From assembly GCA_963842845.1 (NCBI GenBank), contig CAWJHZ010000011.1, forward strand, positions 4,744 through 68,743: DNA of 64,000 nt. The letters run 5' to 3'. The notes under the pieces are model-generated. The model saw only the letters and a list, made by a program, of their open reading frames with translations, was not told the DNA's origin and searched no databases. The translations under genes were made by a program, and so were the position numbers. Of this stretch, positions 63,501 to 64,000 are shown in pieces (within the stretch, counting starts at the first letter, position 1; every line of letters starts with the position of its first letter). Origin of the DNA: an uncultured Chloroflexia bacterium. Its GTDB lineage: Bacteria > Chloroflexota > Dehalococcoidia > DSTF01 > JALHUB01.

Positions 63501-64000
63501 GAACGTGGGCGGCGGCATCGGTCAGGTGATAAAGTACGATGCCAACTTCAATCTGATCTGGAAATCCGACCCATCTGCCGCCCTCTACGGCCCGCGTGAC
63601 CTGCTCGTCCTTCCCAGCGGCAACGTTCTCGTAGCCGATACCGGCAACAAGCGTATCGTTCAGCTCAACGGCGCTGACGGCACGGTTGTCGGCGCCTTCG
63701 GCAGCGAGGGGAGCGGTCCAGGCCAATTCAATGAGCCCGTCGGGCTGGCCCTGGGCCCCAACGGCAACATCTACGTCGCCGACACCTGGAACGGCCGCGT
63801 CCAGATCTTCAATCCCACCTTCAAGTACGTAACCGAGTTCAAGGTCAAGGGCTGGGGCAGCCAAGAAGTGACGGCAAAGCCCTACCTCGTCGTGATGGCT
63901 GATGGCCGTGTAGTCCTGAGCAACCCCGCGAACAGCCGCATCGAGCTCTACGCTGGGTTCGGAACGGCGACGGCCTCCTGGGATCTGCCGTCAACGCAGG
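60505..64000 (+). CDS. TIGR03663/Agl23-like GT-C membrane protein with inserted DnaJ J-domain and C-terminal NHL repeats; 3'-truncated; two compensated frameshift segments
   Basis: Manual translation: [33 protein letters not shown]; [17 protein letters not shown]; GSLDYW..Q..RGSQP, AGEKMP; NHL repeats G..G.GQ(L/F)NEP..YV.DTWN.RV. No stop in this frame before the window end, so it is absent from the ORF track. Confidence 0.88.
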   Translation, partial: MAVSDEPVSDEPKKPAVSAKVSSAQALAWLKANWPRYWEIAVFAAIVAVAAGLRLWHLGLRAISHDESLHATYSWYLYNGQGYTHDPMMHGPFKFFGVAFIWKVLAFISAAPLLSNWVHWGPSDYTVRLLPAIFGTGLVALPFFFRSYIGRVGAFFAALLLAFSPILLFFSRYIRDDVLIAFFTLALVICMWRYLSERRTWFLFLIAGLLALSFVTMEAAFLISGLLLLYLDMLVAWDLAEQMREKHSPKAFAAHAKPTGADPLPAETSHRARPDIDYYGVLGVPTHASSKDIKRAYRRLAQEWHPDKNKDASADERFKQIQDAYELLMNPQRRAAYDDRLGTTDIVPIAKAKSSVPRAGQISEGPFRWAALFVVLIPFAWLIAAAWPFIGKWRARWGLEKLPLSADLLLVMGTLAGVQFAAGVQLIPFIGGTKTYYKDPGANEQTLMRLTVFSFLFVTTYIGLLWKPRTWLICAGIFYAIFVLFYTSFFTNMGGFWSGIWGSLDYWLQQQGVQRGSQPVYYPLMVLTMYEFLPLAVATIGGLWLLMHRRFLASLAAVLSGFLIVLAYFTLHASLPGMVPILVVLGIILFLLKQNLFTSFLIFWSVGSLIEIMTAGEKMPPALHLCRGADGYPGRQFHQYVLRPVPHQVALRLAQSRGAGAYGGRLRLPFDGHPLGDGVLGVWRRSRLAVRRGCRRSHRPRRHGSRTASRRPGCGRPPGAGAVHLHRARRIPRELPNGPTWPREILSYADISPTLPGVRDQVVAAGNESGLATPTLSSSITKSPGRWSGTSATTTRSPWASSSMTPPGPGSIVLIGMDHQSWMDPYVDEYQIPMPVRHLWWFGDGPQYYDGITSGGFVKDLFDPSVWNVWRNYFVWRNTPWAPPPDDSLLYIPKSLATATSKPVPAVTIPTVTVPPASQLVIGSEGSGNGQLNEPTDVSVDQAGNVYVSDGKNNRIDVFDKDGKPLRTFQPTGDAALNEPWGVAVAADGSIYVSDTWNKNVGGGIGQVIKYDANFNLIWKSDPSAALYGPRDLLVLPSGNVLVADTGNKRIVQLNGADGTVVGAFGSEGSGPGQFNEPVGLALGPNGNIYVADTWNGRVQIFNPTFKYVTEFKVKGWGSQEVTAKPYLVVMADGRVVLSNPANSRIELYAGFGTATASWDLPSTQ

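Overview
High-GC bacterial chromosomal segment, most likely Chloroflexota (Dehalococcoidia-like). This placement is inferred from the archaellin, NrpR-like regulator, DUF2298/TIGR03663-type membrane proteins and long Alu-containing SRP RNA. Most of the window is housekeeping and metabolism: a sufC-B-D-Rieske-S-U-T operon, hypA-F-C-D-E, infC-rpmI-rplT, pheST, tRNA-Lys and tRNA-Leu, oppD/F-like genes, lepA, galU, SRP RNA, yabE-like-rsmA-ispE, DnaQ/DinG, CCA enzyme, rnc-smc-ftsY and acyl-CoA metabolism genes. No transposase, integrase, CRISPR array or rRNA was seen. The most notable items are: (1) a >1,160-codon ORF absent from the ORF track (60505 to window end), a GT-C/TIGR03663-like membrane protein with an intact DnaJ J-domain (HPD) inserted between membrane segments and C-terminal NHL repeats, next to a DUF2298 gene; (2) a stand-alone archaellin gene with a structured GGA-rich leader; (3) a Cys-rich PadR-family regulator, rather than ArsR, in front of arsM; (4) two lipoproteins carrying three copies of one Met-rich domain; (5) an HTH-Schlafen/AlbA gene right after pheT; (6) a GTAG-type REP-like palindrome in three copies; (7) a YciI gene apparently split by a low-GC DUF1801 insert. 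All family calls come from motif recognition by eye; no searches were run.
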